Below, in pieces: positions 63,416-64,000 of a stretch of 64,000 nucleotides of DNA. Source of the DNA: Tubiluchus corallicola (lineage: Eukaryota; Animalia; Priapulida); the NCBI GenBank assembly GCA_030141605.1, contig JAQGDQ010000034.1, positions 248,001 to 312,000 on the forward strand, written 5' to 3'. The position numbers were made by a program, and so were the translations under genes. The notes under the pieces are model-generated. The model was not told the origin of the DNA and made no database searches. It saw only the letters and a list, made by a program, of their open reading frames with translations. How positions within the stretch are numbered: the first letter of the stretch is position 1; each line of letters opens with the position of its first letter.

Positions 63416-64000
63416 CTTGTACACGAACGGCCTGCCCAAGCCTGCCGTCACTTGGCTTGTAGCCAAGCAGACCCTTAAACATTATGTATCGTGTAATTAG
63501 CGGCTACTGCTGTTATTTCTATTTGCTTAATTTCCTCAAGTGATTTTTCGTTTATTAAATGTATTTTATTCGTGTGACGTTGTAACACCCACAACTAGGC
63601 AAGAATGAATGATCGAGTGTCGCACGCATTTGAACCTACATAATTAATATACCCAATGGATCTATCGCGCAGCGGACTATTTTTACTGCCACAAATATCT
63701 CTTTTCCGTGTTCATATTACCATAATTAGCGCGTGTTATTCATTTTTATTACGTCTGTCAGGCTAGTTGCAGCAGTAACCTACTACTCGCAGTCACATTT
63801 AATTGCTGTAAATGCATTCTATGTCAAAATGCTGATAAAAACGGAAGCGCAGAGTCAAACAGGGAAAATGTGTATGAAAGATGTAATAAATCTATTCATA
63901 CACAAAAAATTAAAACGGGAAAGAATTAAGTTCTAAAAACATAAAACATAAAAACGCAAATGTCAAAAAACGAATACTAAAACAGAAAGCATGCCAATGT

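Overview
AT-rich eukaryotic (animal, probably invertebrate bilaterian) genomic DNA with GT-AG spliced genes and many decayed transposons; no prokaryotic features. Left to right: (1) the 3' exons of a large low-complexity K/P-rich then acidic protein gene (+, 530-6764); (2) an 876-bp TIR element carrying a GCCAAG tandem array; (3) two tandem ADAM17/TACE-like metalloprotease genes with intronless CDSs (13420-15879, 18376-20727); (4) a 5-exon gene for a secreted stand-alone CASPR/neurexin-IV-type fibrinogen-like domain protein (22551-27130); (5) a 3-exon CD225/dispanin gene (-, 30153-35025); (6) a ~10-kb tandem array (about 41.4-51.0 kb) of a ~3.3-4 kb unit in which one short exon is 30-40% divergent between copies while its flanking introns (units 2 vs 3) are ~97% identical and the downstream exons look identical, preceded by a decayed Gln-rich exon and an alpha-tubulin C-terminal fragment; (7) a TE-rich interval (LINE remnants, MITEs, solo LTR, palindromes); (8) the terminal exon of a linker-histone H1-like gene resembling oocyte-type H1 (-, 58430-59007). 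The hypervariable-exon array is the most unusual observation. All calls come from reading the sequence by eye; no database search was run.
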